Shown here: in pieces, positions 28,098 to 38,486 of the stretch | Numbering within the stretch: the first letter of the stretch is position 1 | Layout of the letters: every line of letters starts with the position of its first letter | Assembly (NCBI GenBank): GCA_000002435.2 | Contig: CM018792.1 | DNA from: Giardia intestinalis | Lineage: Eukaryota | DNA length: 64,000 nt | Strand: one strand, 5' to 3' | The notes under the pieces: generated by a model | Told to the model about the DNA's origin: nothing | What the model saw: only the letters and a program-made list of their open reading frames with translations | Database searches by the model: none | Position numbers and translations under genes: made by a program

Positions 28098-28802
28098 ATG
28101 GACGACCTCGAGCCTGTGGTCAGTGCTACGATATTTGAAGATTTCCCACCGTGCGTCACCAAAGCCCTCTTTCGGTACTGCACAGTGGGGATATCCGAAA
28201 AGCTAAGGCTAAAGCGTTATTTTATTCTATTTGATCAGGAGCAGCGCACTGCGCGCATAGAGACCGCAGACCCGAAGATCGTAGATACTATAAAACGGAT
28301 ATTCTCAGTATCTGCGCACACAATCCAATTAAATAGAGATGATATTATTTCTGAACAAAAGGATTTTGCGTTGCAAAGAAGCCTGACGAATATTGAAAAG
28401 TGTGAGGAGGCATTTGTACGTGACGGTGTTTGTGCAGTAGACGTCATTTCTTCGGCTTCAGATGCGAAGTCCACTCCAGCCATTATTGATTTTCTGCAAT
28501 TCCTCTTTTCGCACGTAACGTTTGCAAAGGCTGGAGAGCGCGTGAAGATAATAGTTCCCCAGAAGCTTTCGAAGGCGGTTGCTGACGCCCTTGTCAACGA
28601 TCGGGTCTCCTTCAAGATATATCTGCCAAAGGTGGAGCTTATTGAGTCTCATCCTAAGAAAGGTAACATGGCCTATCGCGTGAAGGTCAGATTGCTACTG
28701 AATAAGGACGACTGCGTTAAGTTAATAGAAAACACTCAAACCTTAAAGCAGCCCCCGTTCTTCAACGTTCGTCCTGTCAATGATCTTATTGATCCGTGGT
28801 GA
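28098..28802 (+). CDS. hypothetical protein (234 aa), first of a possible tandem paralogue pair
   Basis: ORF with an ATG. Head-to-head with 26340-28046, 51 bp apart. Similar to the next gene in size and in its C-terminal K/V/I-rich pattern. Confidence 0.45.
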   Translation: MDDLEPVVSATIFEDFPPCVTKALFRYCTVGISEKLRLKRYFILFDQEQRTARIETADPKIVDTIKRIFSVSAHTIQLNRDDIISEQKDFALQRSLTNIEKCEEAFVRDGVCAVDVISSASDAKSTPAIIDFLQFLFSHVTFAKAGERVKIIVPQKLSKAVADALVNDRVSFKIYLPKVELIESHPKKGNMAYRVKVRLLLNKDDCVKLIENTQTLKQPPFFNVRPVNDLIDPW

Positions 28803-29009
28803 GGCGGGCTCTACGTCACAGCACACATGTACACATGTTTTCTTCCTTTGCTCTAGTCTTTGTCACCATTTAAATCTTTTGGGAGCTGATAGCTTGTATA
28901 CCGTAGGGTTCAAGGGTGTGACGCTCAATACAAGTGTACAGAACTGTCGGAATAAATTGAATAAACTAAAGAACTGTCATGACTTCTATCAAGGATTTTT
29001 AAAAATTAG

Positions 29010-29726
29010 ATGAATAACGACGGTGCCTCTGCTCAGGACGCCCAGGAGCCCAGAGGCACGATGTTCTATGATTTCGACTCCTATTTTAACAAAGAGATGA
29101 TTCTGCTGACTGTGCTGGGCATTTCGGAGATCAAGGACCTTGGTTTTATTAATGCACACTACGACGCCAACACCGGCCACCTGTATACGGATAGTGTCTC
29201 CGAAGTCTTTATAAAAGAAATGGAGGCATCATTTGGCATGAAACACAGCTTTTACAGCGACTTTAGTCGGTTTAATTTCAAGACGCGAGACATGGCAACA
29301 GCAGAGGCCAACTTGGCCGAATTAGAGGAGGCTGGCAAACAATTTTCTCACTCAAGCTTGTGCGATCTCACATATTCACCGTCGTCCATCCATTGTCTTG
29401 AGCTTTCAGGAATTCTCCGCAGCCTCCAGCAATTTCTAGACATCTTCGAGTTCCCAAACAGTGGCAATAAATTTACAATTCTGGTCAAAGAGGGCCAGGT
29501 AGAGAAGGTCAAGAAGGCCATAGAAAATAATAGGATAAACTTTGGTAGAAACATACCAGTGGTGAGTGTCCTTCTGAACAAAGATAGAGCAAAATCAGCG
29601 TGGCGTTTTGTCAAGTTTCGTGTCTGCGTCAAGTACGGATACATCAAGAAGCTTGTGCCGCAGTTCAACAAGCTATCACCTGTCCCAATCCTGCTTATAA
29701 GTCCTCCAGGAGACACAGACGATTAG
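29010..29726 (+). CDS. hypothetical protein (238 aa), second member of the possible tandem pair
   Basis: ORF with an ATG in an AAAAATTAGATG context. C-terminal FTILVKEGQVEKVKKAIENNRINFG...FVKFRVCVKYGYIKKLV parallels VKIIVPQKLSKAVADALVNDRVSFK...YRVKVRLLLNKDDCVKLI of the upstream gene. Confidence 0.45.
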   Translation: MNNDGASAQDAQEPRGTMFYDFDSYFNKEMILLTVLGISEIKDLGFINAHYDANTGHLYTDSVSEVFIKEMEASFGMKHSFYSDFSRFNFKTRDMATAEANLAELEEAGKQFSHSSLCDLTYSPSSIHCLELSGILRSLQQFLDIFEFPNSGNKFTILVKEGQVEKVKKAIENNRINFGRNIPVVSVLLNKDRAKSAWRFVKFRVCVKYGYIKKLVPQFNKLSPVPILLISPPGDTDD

Positions 29727-29769
29727 ATCTTACTTAAAAGTAAACACTAAGCACTCCACGTCTTGGTGC

Positions 29770-29775
29770 TTTACT
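29770..29775 (-). terminator. putative poly(A) signal AGTAAA overlapping the TAA stop of the 29771-34273 gene
   Basis: Minus strand reads ...AAGTAAAGC, with the stop codon embedded in the signal. Giardia-typical. Confidence 0.45.
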
Positions 29776-32700
29776 TCTGCACTGCTCCGATGCCCCCTCT
29801 GCCCAGGGGAACATGGGTCCTGATGAGCTTTGCAATAGATGGGTCAGATGTCCTTCTGATAGCCATCTCACCGAACTCCAGTGCTTCATAAGGGGCCAGA
29901 AGCTCGACCATTTGGTAATTATTGAGCGCAGCAGCCATGATGAGGGCACTGGCACCCTCACCATAGGTGGACTTTGCATTGGTAGTGATGTTGGCCTCTG
30001 GTTTGGCCAGCAATGCGGCAATGTCATAGTATCCTGATGAGACAGCTAACATGAGTGCTGTGGAGCCTTCGCGGCGCTGCATTCCTGCTTCATACTCTAG
30101 AAGCACCTCAACGCAAGGTGCATGATTGAAGTATGCCGCAGCCATCAAGGCAGTGCGGTGGAAAGAGGATTCAATACAACGTGCTTCGTATTTGGCCAAC
30201 AAACGGACAATGTCAGCGTATCCGTAGCACGCAGCCATCATCAAAGCGGTTGCATCTGTAAGCTTCCAGGTTCGGCAAATAAAAGTCCCTAGAGTCATCT
30301 TAGCCTCTAGTTTACGCAGAAGCTTAACTGCTATGGCATTTCTATTTGCAACTGCTAACATGAGGGCGGTCTTCCCGTGATTGTTCACCTGCTTCGCTTG
30401 GTAGAGCAGAGTCTTCAAAAGCCATGCCTTATTAATGCGCTCAATACTCGCTATGTCAGTTTGCTGAGTAAGACCCGAATCAGTTAGTGGGTCAAAAGGC
30501 CCCAGTTCTATAATTCTTCGCATTAAGTCTGTGTTACCCTCCCTATCGACAACGATCTTAGGGCTGAGGGACTCGGCAATTTTGATGTGTCCGTGCCGCT
30601 TTGCCAACAGGAACGCTGTGGTTCCATCGTCCTTTGTAAGATTAAGCTCATACGGCCGTAACATGGCGCAGATCTCTTCAAAGCCTTGCTCTGCTGCCAC
30701 CATAAGTGCACTGGTTCCATCGAGCATCACCATACCATGCTCCCTTTCAACAAACAAAGGCACAAAGCCCTTGTAGTTATTATAAGCACAGATCATAAGC
30801 GCAGTAGTTCCCTCGTTGTCTTGAATGCCTTGTTCGTGGGGGGCCAGAAGTTCGACCGCAGTGGTGTCTTCAATTAAAAGTGCCAACATCAGTGCTGTTT
30901 CCCCCTTTGAATTCCTAATTCGAGCCTCTAGTTCTACAAGCAACTTAATTGCATCGTGATTGTGAGCCAGAACAGCATGCATCAGAGCTGTCATCCCGTG
31001 AGAGTCTTGCTTACCTGCTTGGGACAGTAAGCAGTACACCAACCCTGGACGCCGCTGCTTTACCATCAGCATAAGTTGTGTTTTCTGGCTTGTGTCGGCC
31101 CCATGGGCACTACTCTTATGAGCACTATCTTTATCTGGCTGGAGCCCATCTTGAATGGTGACAAGGCCTTCTGCATTCCTTAGCAGCTCTACTATTTGTT
31201 TGTGGCCGGACAGGACAGCATAATCTAGGGCCATTAGTCCATTTTGGTCCATCAATCCACTTTCGTGTGGCACAAGAATCTGTGCAAGGGAGTAATTACC
31301 AAGGGTAGCCATCTGCATCAGCGCCGTTGTCCCAAATCCGGGTTCTGATAGCTTGCATTCTTCATTGCTAGCACTTTGAGCTAACGTTTCGAAGTCACTA
31401 CCAAATAAGCTTGCCTCAGTAGCGGAGATGCCGCACCGCAATATACACTTCTCGTGCGGCACGAGAAGGTGAACTGCCTCGATGTTATTGGCCTCACACG
31501 CAATCATAAGTGCCGTTCTATAGTGAGTATCGTGCAGCTTTGCTTCTCTGGAAATAAGCTCAACTAGTATCTTGTTTTTCCCCTGCTCTGCAGCAAGCAT
31601 AAGGGCGGTTTTTCCTTCATTATTCTTCATGCCGCCTTCTATTCCAATTAGTGTCCTAATCACGGCTATGAGCTTGTTTATCTGTTCAATGTACATGTGC
31701 GAAGGAAAGCAATGGCCTGCGCTGTCTGAGGATAAGTCCGAATCCATGGCCCCGTACAAGCTTTCTAAGATACCAGCCCGTGTTAGGGTCATTAGGGCCG
31801 TCTCCCCACCTTTGTCACGTAGTCCGGCTTCATATGGAATCAATGCTTCAGCAAGGCTTATCAATCCTTTCTTCACTGCAATCATTAACGCAGAGCAACC
31901 AATTTTATCCTGGTGCCCACTTTCTCGAGCTATAAGCAGCAGGCCTATGTCCTCTAGTCCTAGTGCTGCGGCATACATTAAGGCCGTCTGACCGCGATTA
32001 TTCTCTGCCCCAGCCTCCTCCTTTATTAGCTGCTTAATGGCCTTGAGATCACTGCACGACTTAAAAGCCACTGCTCTAATAAGCCGCGTATTCCCGTCGT
32101 TGTCCTTTTGGATAGTGATGTGTGCAGATGCCTTTAGATCCAAGTAGTCTTTCTCGAGGACCATCAACTTCTGCTTCAATATGAGGCACTCATGGTGCTC
32201 TGCATCTCGTGCATCAATTGCAGCTTCAAGCTTCTTCTTGCACACAAGTAGCTCAGATTGCAGCCCCTGCTGAGCCTCTTTCAGTGCTAAAATGATCTGA
32301 GCTGCTCGCGAAAGGCTGGATTGCGTGTGCAGATGACGAATTATGCTATCAAGCTCAACCTCACTCAGATCTTTATGCTCTAATTTAGAGTCTGTATGTG
32401 CTCCTGGTGCTGACATACTTCTTGCAGGCGGAGGAAGATCGTTCTGGTTAGAAGCTACAGGGACAAACGTGGCTTCCCAAGTAGGCGGGAAGACTACATC
32501 GTTACTAGTTGGGGCAGGAATAGTTGTTGTCTGCATGGTGGATCGCAAAGTTTGTTCTGCTTCGTCCAATTTCCACAGAAGTTCTTGGTTTTCAATCTGC
32601 AGCCGATCAATCTCGGCGGTTTTTTCCTCATTTTCTGTTTGCAAGGTGGATATCACCTCATTCAAGTTGTTTACCACATTTGCTGTGACCTTTTCACCCA

Positions 32701-34273
32701 TTTGTCTGAGGGCGTCAAATTCCTCACGCATTTTGCTGTATTTTTCCGCCAGGACAGCATATCTGTATTTGTATCGATCCGCAGCCTTGCGGTTAGAGGA
32801 TGCCTCAGTAATTGCAGAAGATGAGCGAGGTGCTTCTTCAGTCCCGGTGATGTAGAACGTCGGATCGAGCTTATGCTGAGTTGAAAAAGGGTTTTTAATG
32901 GTTAAGGAACGTATGTCAAGGGCCGATGCCGGCCTTACATGTATGTCTGCTCTGGGGCTGGATCCTTTGGTACTCTTAGATGAAATTATGAACGAGCTCT
33001 TGGAAGATTGCCTCAGAGGAGAACTCCTGCTAGGAGAGCTACGGGAGGGAGATATCGGAATGCTTTGAGAAAACGGGATCGATGGGCGCCTGGACGGTGA
33101 CAACGAAGGACTACGGCCAGGATGGCCACGTGGAGGGCTTGGGAATAGTCTCTGCACATTTATATTGGGCTCCTTAGAATTTTGCTGCGGTTCTTTGATT
33201 GATTTTGCCGACGCTATGTTCCGCTTTTTCTTTTTCTTACCAGAATCTGGTTGGGATTTTAATGAATTCGGGGATTGCAACGGTTCCTTAGGTTCCTTAT
33301 CGCGATCCACACTACCTTGTAAGACGCTTGATTCGGGGCCACTTTTGCTATTACTGGGTGACGAGGCTAAGATACGCGTCCGCGATAGAATAACACCTGT
33401 AGAACGAGTACTCTGAGAGCTTATAGGCTGCTCCTGCTCTGCAAGATTAAGTGAGGAGGAGGGTGTTACCTCCTTGCTTGTTTGGCTGGAGGGCGTCTTA
33501 GCCAAATGGCTTATCTGAAGCCTGCTCTGCTCGGCAAGGGTTGACACGCCCATCCGTGCCATAACAGAATCGCTTAGTGGTAGAGTAGGTGCCTGCTCAA
33601 TTCTGGTGCTAGCAACAGTAGCACCAATCTGTGTGCTTAGGGAAAAAGGATGCTCTTGTGAGTATTCTCTATCATCGAGATCTTCTTGCCTCGATTGAAC
33701 AGGAGGTGCCGTGCTCAGCAGCAACGAGTGAGAAGGAGGGAGAACGTTGTGTTCAACACTGCTCTTGGCGACTTGTTCTGTATAAATAGCAGACGCAGAC
33801 AGGGAGCGCTGAACATCCTCCTGTGTTATAGAGGCAGAACTGATCAAGAGAGATAGCATTTCAGAATCATCGGTCAGAACAGCTATGTCAGACATTTTTG
33901 AGGCCTCTGTGTCAGGATAGTAGGGTGTTAGAACTCTGACAGCATCTAAACTGGAGCTTTGGATGGCTAATAGCAAAGGTGTCATGCCTTTGTGTAGCGG
34001 CACACTTTTCTCGTATTTGACTAGTAACAGACATACGCTCGAATAATTTCTAAGGGCAGCAATGGCTAGGGCCGTGTATCCTCTATTGTTGGTCATTGAG
34101 TGCTCGTGGGGAGCAAGGGCTCGGCAAAGGCTCAAGCAGTTGGATGCAGCAGCCATCATCAGAGCCGTCTCGCCATGCTTGTTTTGTGTACGTGCATATG
34201 TCGGTAGAAGCTCGGACACCAGCTGTACATTCTTACTCCGCACGGCCTTAAACCACTGCTCCGCATCAGCCAT
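29771..34273 (-). CDS. large ankyrin-repeat protein (Protein 21.1-like, 1500 aa): ankyrin blocks, a Ser/Pro-rich linker and a coiled-coil
   Basis: More than 20 ankyrin-like repeats (GETALMMAAASNCLSLCRAL, YTALAIAALRNYSSVCLLL, QTALMYAAALGLEDIGLLL, KTALMLAAEQGKNKILVEL, TTALMICAYNNYKGFVPLF...). A central region has SPS/SPSR low complexity and a heptad-rich segment (LQTENEEKTAEIDRLQIENQELLWKLDEAEQ). Confidence 0.8.
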   Translation of the reverse strand: MADAEQWFKAVRSKNVQLVSELLPTYARTQNKHGETALMMAAASNCLSLCRALAPHEHSMTNNRGYTALAIAALRNYSSVCLLLVKYEKSVPLHKGMTPLLLAIQSSSLDAVRVLTPYYPDTEASKMSDIAVLTDDSEMLSLLISSASITQEDVQRSLSASAIYTEQVAKSSVEHNVLPPSHSLLLSTAPPVQSRQEDLDDREYSQEHPFSLSTQIGATVASTRIEQAPTLPLSDSVMARMGVSTLAEQSRLQISHLAKTPSSQTSKEVTPSSSLNLAEQEQPISSQSTRSTGVILSRTRILASSPSNSKSGPESSVLQGSVDRDKEPKEPLQSPNSLKSQPDSGKKKKKRNIASAKSIKEPQQNSKEPNINVQRLFPSPPRGHPGRSPSLSPSRRPSIPFSQSIPISPSRSSPSRSSPLRQSSKSSFIISSKSTKGSSPRADIHVRPASALDIRSLTIKNPFSTQHKLDPTFYITGTEEAPRSSSAITEASSNRKAADRYKYRYAVLAEKYSKMREEFDALRQMGEKVTANVVNNLNEVISTLQTENEEKTAEIDRLQIENQELLWKLDEAEQTLRSTMQTTTIPAPTSNDVVFPPTWEATFVPVASNQNDLPPPARSMSAPGAHTDSKLEHKDLSEVELDSIIRHLHTQSSLSRAAQIILALKEAQQGLQSELLVCKKKLEAAIDARDAEHHECLILKQKLMVLEKDYLDLKASAHITIQKDNDGNTRLIRAVAFKSCSDLKAIKQLIKEEAGAENNRGQTALMYAAALGLEDIGLLLIARESGHQDKIGCSALMIAVKKGLISLAEALIPYEAGLRDKGGETALMTLTRAGILESLYGAMDSDLSSDSAGHCFPSHMYIEQINKLIAVIRTLIGIEGGMKNNEGKTALMLAAEQGKNKILVELISREAKLHDTHYRTALMIACEANNIEAVHLLVPHEKCILRCGISATEASLFGSDFETLAQSASNEECKLSEPGFGTTALMQMATLGNYSLAQILVPHESGLMDQNGLMALDYAVLSGHKQIVELLRNAEGLVTIQDGLQPDKDSAHKSSAHGADTSQKTQLMLMVKQRRPGLVYCLLSQAGKQDSHGMTALMHAVLAHNHDAIKLLVELEARIRNSKGETALMLALLIEDTTAVELLAPHEQGIQDNEGTTALMICAYNNYKGFVPLFVEREHGMVMLDGTSALMVAAEQGFEEICAMLRPYELNLTKDDGTTAFLLAKRHGHIKIAESLSPKIVVDREGNTDLMRRIIELGPFDPLTDSGLTQQTDIASIERINKAWLLKTLLYQAKQVNNHGKTALMLAVANRNAIAVKLLRKLEAKMTLGTFICRTWKLTDATALMMAACYGYADIVRLLAKYEARCIESSFHRTALMAAAYFNHAPCVEVLLEYEAGMQRREGSTALMLAVSSGYYDIAALLAKPEANITTNAKSTYGEGASALIMAAALNNYQMVELLAPYEALEFGEMAIRRTSDPSIAKLIRTHVPLGRGGIGAVQK

Positions 34274-34302
34274 TGCAAAAAAGCCAAATTTTAAAAGGAT
34301 GT

Positions 34303-34308
34303 TTTACT
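34303..34308 (-). terminator. putative poly(A) signal (AGTAAAAC on the minus strand), ~30 nt after the stop of 34339-38124 and 30 nt before the ATG of the ankyrin gene
   Basis: Minus-strand AGTAAA read from the reverse complement of gttttactgcg. Confidence 0.35.
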
Positions 34309-34338
34309 GCGTAGGCTACAAGTAGGGCACCAGGCCCT

Positions 34339-37300
34339 CTAGTTGATTAAATATTGAGAGTTATCCCCAGCAGAAGATCGAAAAAGATCAGATTCGTGGC
34401 CCATATCTTGAAATTGACTCCCTCCCGCTTTCTCAGACCCACGTAAGGAAGTACTGAGGGTTAGATTGTTTGCCCCCGCAGGACTGCGCATCAGAGATCG
34501 GATTGTCTCTTCCTGCTCACTAAGAATGCCACATAGGTTGGAATATTTCTCTTCTTGCAATGCATGCGCTCTGTGCAACGATGCAAAGGAATCTTTCTGC
34601 TCAGTCATTGCTTGAAGAAGCCCAGCAATTACGTTTTCCTTCTCTTTCAGCTTCTTCTGCAGAGATTCCACTTGAGCATTCTGTGGTGCAGCGTTAAATG
34701 CTCGTGCAGCAGCAGCATTGGCCGCTGCAAGCTTCTCCTCCATGATTCGCATCGAGTACTCCGCTGCTTCAGCTGCTTCCTTGGCCCTCTTTTCATAGTC
34801 TGAAGACTTATTTTCTGTAGCCCTCAGTCGGGCCTGGATGCTGAGCATGGTACGCAGGCGGTCATTTTCCTCGTCCTTTTCTGCGAGAAGCTTGTCGTAG
34901 TCGATGTCAGAGAACTTGTATTCGGTGACAATCTGTGGTTTCAAAGCACCAACGGAGTTAAGCTGTTCTTTGAGAGCTTCAATTTGATTATTTAAAGTGG
35001 CAATCTCATGCCGGTGGCCAGATTTCAGCCTTTCCAAGTCGGACCCACCGCTGGAAGGCGACACCGGAGGCGAATAGACAGGCACTTCTTTGACAATCTC
35101 CACTTTTTTAATGTTACGCTTTTCAGCGGCTAAATCATCCGTCAAGCGTCTAATCTCATCGTCCTTTCTCTTAAGCTCTTGCTCACATTCAGAGATCTGG
35201 GCACGTAGCTCTTCTAGTTCTTTTTCGAGACGTTCTATCTCATAGGAATCAATAGCCGGTGTCTGCTTGCAAGACGTTATCATTTCCGCAGGCTCTGCAG
35301 GTACAGGTTCAGACACCATCCATGTATCAAATGGCAACTCCGGAGGTGTGTCGACACGGTCAACCCGAGGGACTTCTGCGAGGTTGTATATCGAGATGTC
35401 GGCTTTACGCGCCGTGACCTGAGAGCAAACATCAGCACTCATCCACGTGTCGTACGAAAGCTCCGGAGGCGTGTCGACACGGTCAATCCTCGGGATCTCA
35501 ACCATTGCTAGCTCAGGGATATCCGATTTGCGTATAGTCCGGAACCCTCTTTCGGTGCTTCCTATCCACGTGTCGGAAGGTAATTCTGGAGGCGTGTCGA
35601 CGCGCTCGACAACAGGTATACCCGCCTGACCGTAAGTTCTCTGAATGTGTATAGTAGGTACAGGCATGTCTCTACACTGCTCCAAGCGTGCTTGAAGTTC
35701 GTTTATGATCTCATCCTTTTCAGCGATTACTCTACGAAGCTCGTCATATTCTGTTGTGGACACATACATGCGTGATTGATGCGCTGGAGATTCCAGTGAA
35801 AACAGGCCACAGTCCACGGGTGTTGGTAGGCGCTCAACTACGGGAACATCCACAAAGTCAAATGTAACGGCCTCCATGCGTGCACGAGGCAGCACATCGA
35901 CGTCATCTGGCATCCATGTATCGTATGGTCCAGCTGGTGGGGTAGGCAAGCGATCTGGAGAATCATCAAGAAAATCGATAGCAACAGGCTGGATTCGTTG
36001 CGTCTCTATGGTCAGATCAGCAATATAATTTCTCAGCCGCTCAATCTCCTCTCCCTGCTCGTTAATAAGATTCTCCAATCGATCGATTTCTATCGTATAA
36101 ATGGAGGTATCTATTCCCGATACGTCTGACCTGACTGCTGAACGGCTATATGCATTCTGCAGCTCGAGGGTCTTGCTCGCAAGCTCACTCCTCAATCTGT
36201 CTATCTCGTCGGTGCTCACCAGCCCCTGCTTACATGTGAGGTTATAAACAATTTGCTGCAGCCGACTGATCTCTGCATCCTTGCCAAGGAGCAAATCAGA
36301 GGTGTCCAGAGTCCTCACAGGAGCTTGCTGTGCCACAGTCAGAAGCTTGAGAGATTTCATTCCAATCTCATTCTCGGTGATATAATCTCTGAGTCGCTCT
36401 ATTTCAGTGCCTTGCTCCTCCAACTGCATCTCCAGTCTCTCTATCTCCGACGTGTAGACAGATGCATCTAAGGTTGTATCACGAAAGGCAGCCTTGGACG
36501 ACTGCATGGTGATCTCGGCATAGCGCTTTCTAAGCTCCTGAAGCTCTTCTTCAAGTGTGTCCGCCCGCGCCTTGCTCTGAAAGGCCTCTAATGAGGCACG
36601 GTCCAAGAGTTTGCGGAGCTCTTCTGAATCGTCTAGCAAAGGCACCTGCGCACGTACAAAGGCTGGTTGTGCAGGGGATGGTTGATAACTATAGAGCAAC
36701 TTTTGCAGGCGAGAGATCTCGTCATCCTTTCTTCTTAAGATCTTGTCCATGTCAACGACCAGTGACGCACTCGCGGCAGGTTGGATCGGGGGCATACGCA
36801 CGGACTCTATGTCCCTCTCGGCTATGTAATCACGCAATCTCTCTATCTCCGCGCCTTGCTCGTCTACTAATGTTTCGAGCCGTGAAATCTCTGTTGTGAA
36901 GATAGACGAGTCAGTTATTGCACGGCCGCTTTTGAGCTCCTCCAGCTCTATAGTCTTCTTGTTAAGCTCATGCTCATAAGTGATAAGTTTGTCAGTGAGA
37001 GCATTTATCTCTAGAAGTTGATCTCCTGACGAAAGAGAGGATGCACATGCTCCGTGGGAGAAAGCATCATCATGAACTTGGGCGCGTCCAGCGCACCGCA
37101 AGCACAGAGACAAGCTTTCAAGAGATATCAGGGAAGCAGATCCACAGTCAGAGAACATCGTTGTTTGGTCATTAACGCAAGAGAGCAACTCCCTAACAGC
37201 CGCCTCAATGACTGAGACATCGAACTCCTCTTGATATTCTGCACGCCCACGCTCTAAATTCGTCTTCAACTGCACTAGAATTTTCTGGGCCTCAATAGCT

Positions 37301-38124
37301 TCTCGTGCCGTGCTATAGACACATATTTGGGCCTGCACCTTACTGAGGTAATAACGCGTGGTAGCGGAGTAGTACCTCTCCTTGATCGACACTAGATTGG
37401 CCTCAGAAAGCATGAAGGGATAATGCGAAGGGTCCACCATACTGCGCAGCACTGTGTCAAGGTGAGTAACTGCGATTTTATATGAAAGTGCCGCTTTAGC
37501 GAAAGCATGCATGACACCCAGATTGTCCTGAAGTTCAGTTTGAGACTGCGCCTCGTACCCTAGTCCACGGACCATCTCTGCAAGCCCGCTTAGATACGCC
37601 TTTGTCATGGGGCCCGTTTGTCCACTCGCCATGTTGGAGGCCTCGTCAAAGAAGTGTCCCGCTCTCGCATAGAGTGTTATTTGCATGGTCTTGTCTGCCC
37701 TTGAGGCCTCAGATGCAGAAATGCAACCCAGTGAATAAAGCACATTGGTAAGTTCAGATGATAAAATTGCCGTTCCCGAGAGTAAAGCAGTGGAGGTGGA
37801 ATCGTCGACCTCCTGATGCTGATAGAGAGCAAAGGTCCAACGCGGCAGATGGCTCTGCTTTTCAGAGCCGACAAGAGATATGTTCCGGAAATCAGAACGA
37901 GTGACCAGCTGCAGGAGGAGGTTCCGCGCTTCCAGCATACTCTCGTATGAATCTGTCCTTGTGCGAAGACCCTGAACTCGCTCAAGAAGGGTGGTGGTCG
38001 ATAAATCGTCTGAGTTGAGCTTTTTAGCAATGAGCTTCGCCAATAGCGTATACACAGAGCCATTATCCAGGGGTTTCCTTTCTTGTGGAAGGATACTTGG
38101 AAGGGCCTGGGACGGCGTCTGCAT
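34339..38124 (-). CDS. large coiled-coil protein (1261 aa) with internal repeats
   Basis: Long heptad-rich stretches. Three copies of S(I/V)(F/Y)T.EI.RLE.L..EQG.EIERLR.YI. Three or four copies of a ~41-aa unit containing RVDTPPELP.DTW(M/I). Confidence 0.65.
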   Translation of the reverse strand: MQTPSQALPSILPQERKPLDNGSVYTLLAKLIAKKLNSDDLSTTTLLERVQGLRTRTDSYESMLEARNLLLQLVTRSDFRNISLVGSEKQSHLPRWTFALYQHQEVDDSTSTALLSGTAILSSELTNVLYSLGCISASEASRADKTMQITLYARAGHFFDEASNMASGQTGPMTKAYLSGLAEMVRGLGYEAQSQTELQDNLGVMHAFAKAALSYKIAVTHLDTVLRSMVDPSHYPFMLSEANLVSIKERYYSATTRYYLSKVQAQICVYSTAREAIEAQKILVQLKTNLERGRAEYQEEFDVSVIEAAVRELLSCVNDQTTMFSDCGSASLISLESLSLCLRCAGRAQVHDDAFSHGACASSLSSGDQLLEINALTDKLITYEHELNKKTIELEELKSGRAITDSSIFTTEISRLETLVDEQGAEIERLRDYIAERDIESVRMPPIQPAASASLVVDMDKILRRKDDEISRLQKLLYSYQPSPAQPAFVRAQVPLLDDSEELRKLLDRASLEAFQSKARADTLEEELQELRKRYAEITMQSSKAAFRDTTLDASVYTSEIERLEMQLEEQGTEIERLRDYITENEIGMKSLKLLTVAQQAPVRTLDTSDLLLGKDAEISRLQQIVYNLTCKQGLVSTDEIDRLRSELASKTLELQNAYSRSAVRSDVSGIDTSIYTIEIDRLENLINEQGEEIERLRNYIADLTIETQRIQPVAIDFLDDSPDRLPTPPAGPYDTWMPDDVDVLPRARMEAVTFDFVDVPVVERLPTPVDCGLFSLESPAHQSRMYVSTTEYDELRRVIAEKDEIINELQARLEQCRDMPVPTIHIQRTYGQAGIPVVERVDTPPELPSDTWIGSTERGFRTIRKSDIPELAMVEIPRIDRVDTPPELSYDTWMSADVCSQVTARKADISIYNLAEVPRVDRVDTPPELPFDTWMVSEPVPAEPAEMITSCKQTPAIDSYEIERLEKELEELRAQISECEQELKRKDDEIRRLTDDLAAEKRNIKKVEIVKEVPVYSPPVSPSSGGSDLERLKSGHRHEIATLNNQIEALKEQLNSVGALKPQIVTEYKFSDIDYDKLLAEKDEENDRLRTMLSIQARLRATENKSSDYEKRAKEAAEAAEYSMRIMEEKLAAANAAAARAFNAAPQNAQVESLQKKLKEKENVIAGLLQAMTEQKDSFASLHRAHALQEEKYSNLCGILSEQEETIRSLMRSPAGANNLTLSTSLRGSEKAGGSQFQDMGHESDLFRSSAGDNSQYLIN
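35319..35690 (-). repeat. three tandem ~124-bp coding repeats (RVDTPPELPxDTW units) inside the coiled-coil gene; a fourth degenerate copy lies near 35905-35960
   Basis: Plus-strand copies ccatgtatcaaatggcaactccggaggtgtgtcgacacggtcaa (35319-), ccacgtgtcgtacgaaagctccggaggcgtgtcgacacggtcaa (35443-) and ccacgtgtcggaaggtaattctggaggcgtgtcgacgcgctcga (35567-); period 124 bp. Confidence 0.7.
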
Positions 38125-38486
38125 AAGATACTTTTTTAATTTTCTATTTTTTTAACTTGAGGCGCAAAGTTCCCGGTAGATCCTCACCGGCGTCTCTGAA
38201 TCCTCTAGAACCAGCGCCCCTTGACAACAATGCTACCAAATAGCTGGGACAAAAGAGATTACCTTGGCCGGATTAATTAGAGCCGGCCAGAAAACTTGAA
38301 TAAAGGTGGACGGCGCCAGCCGGGACAAGGGCAGGACCATCCTGGCAGCTGCCTCACAGCCCGGCTGCCCCTTGCATGTAGTGGATCGGCGGTTAAGCCG
38401 ACGAAACAGTAACTACACTAAAGTCGAAGCCGACTCTGATTTTAATTTTTGCCTGCAGCTAATTTTTCCTTGCAGCTTCTGCTCGG

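Noticed and set aside
31572-32855. Plus-strand ORFs (139, 170 and 90 aa) inside the large minus-strand ankyrin gene
   Set aside because: Antisense to a well-supported 1500-aa ankyrin-repeat ORF; hydrophobic or low-complexity products.
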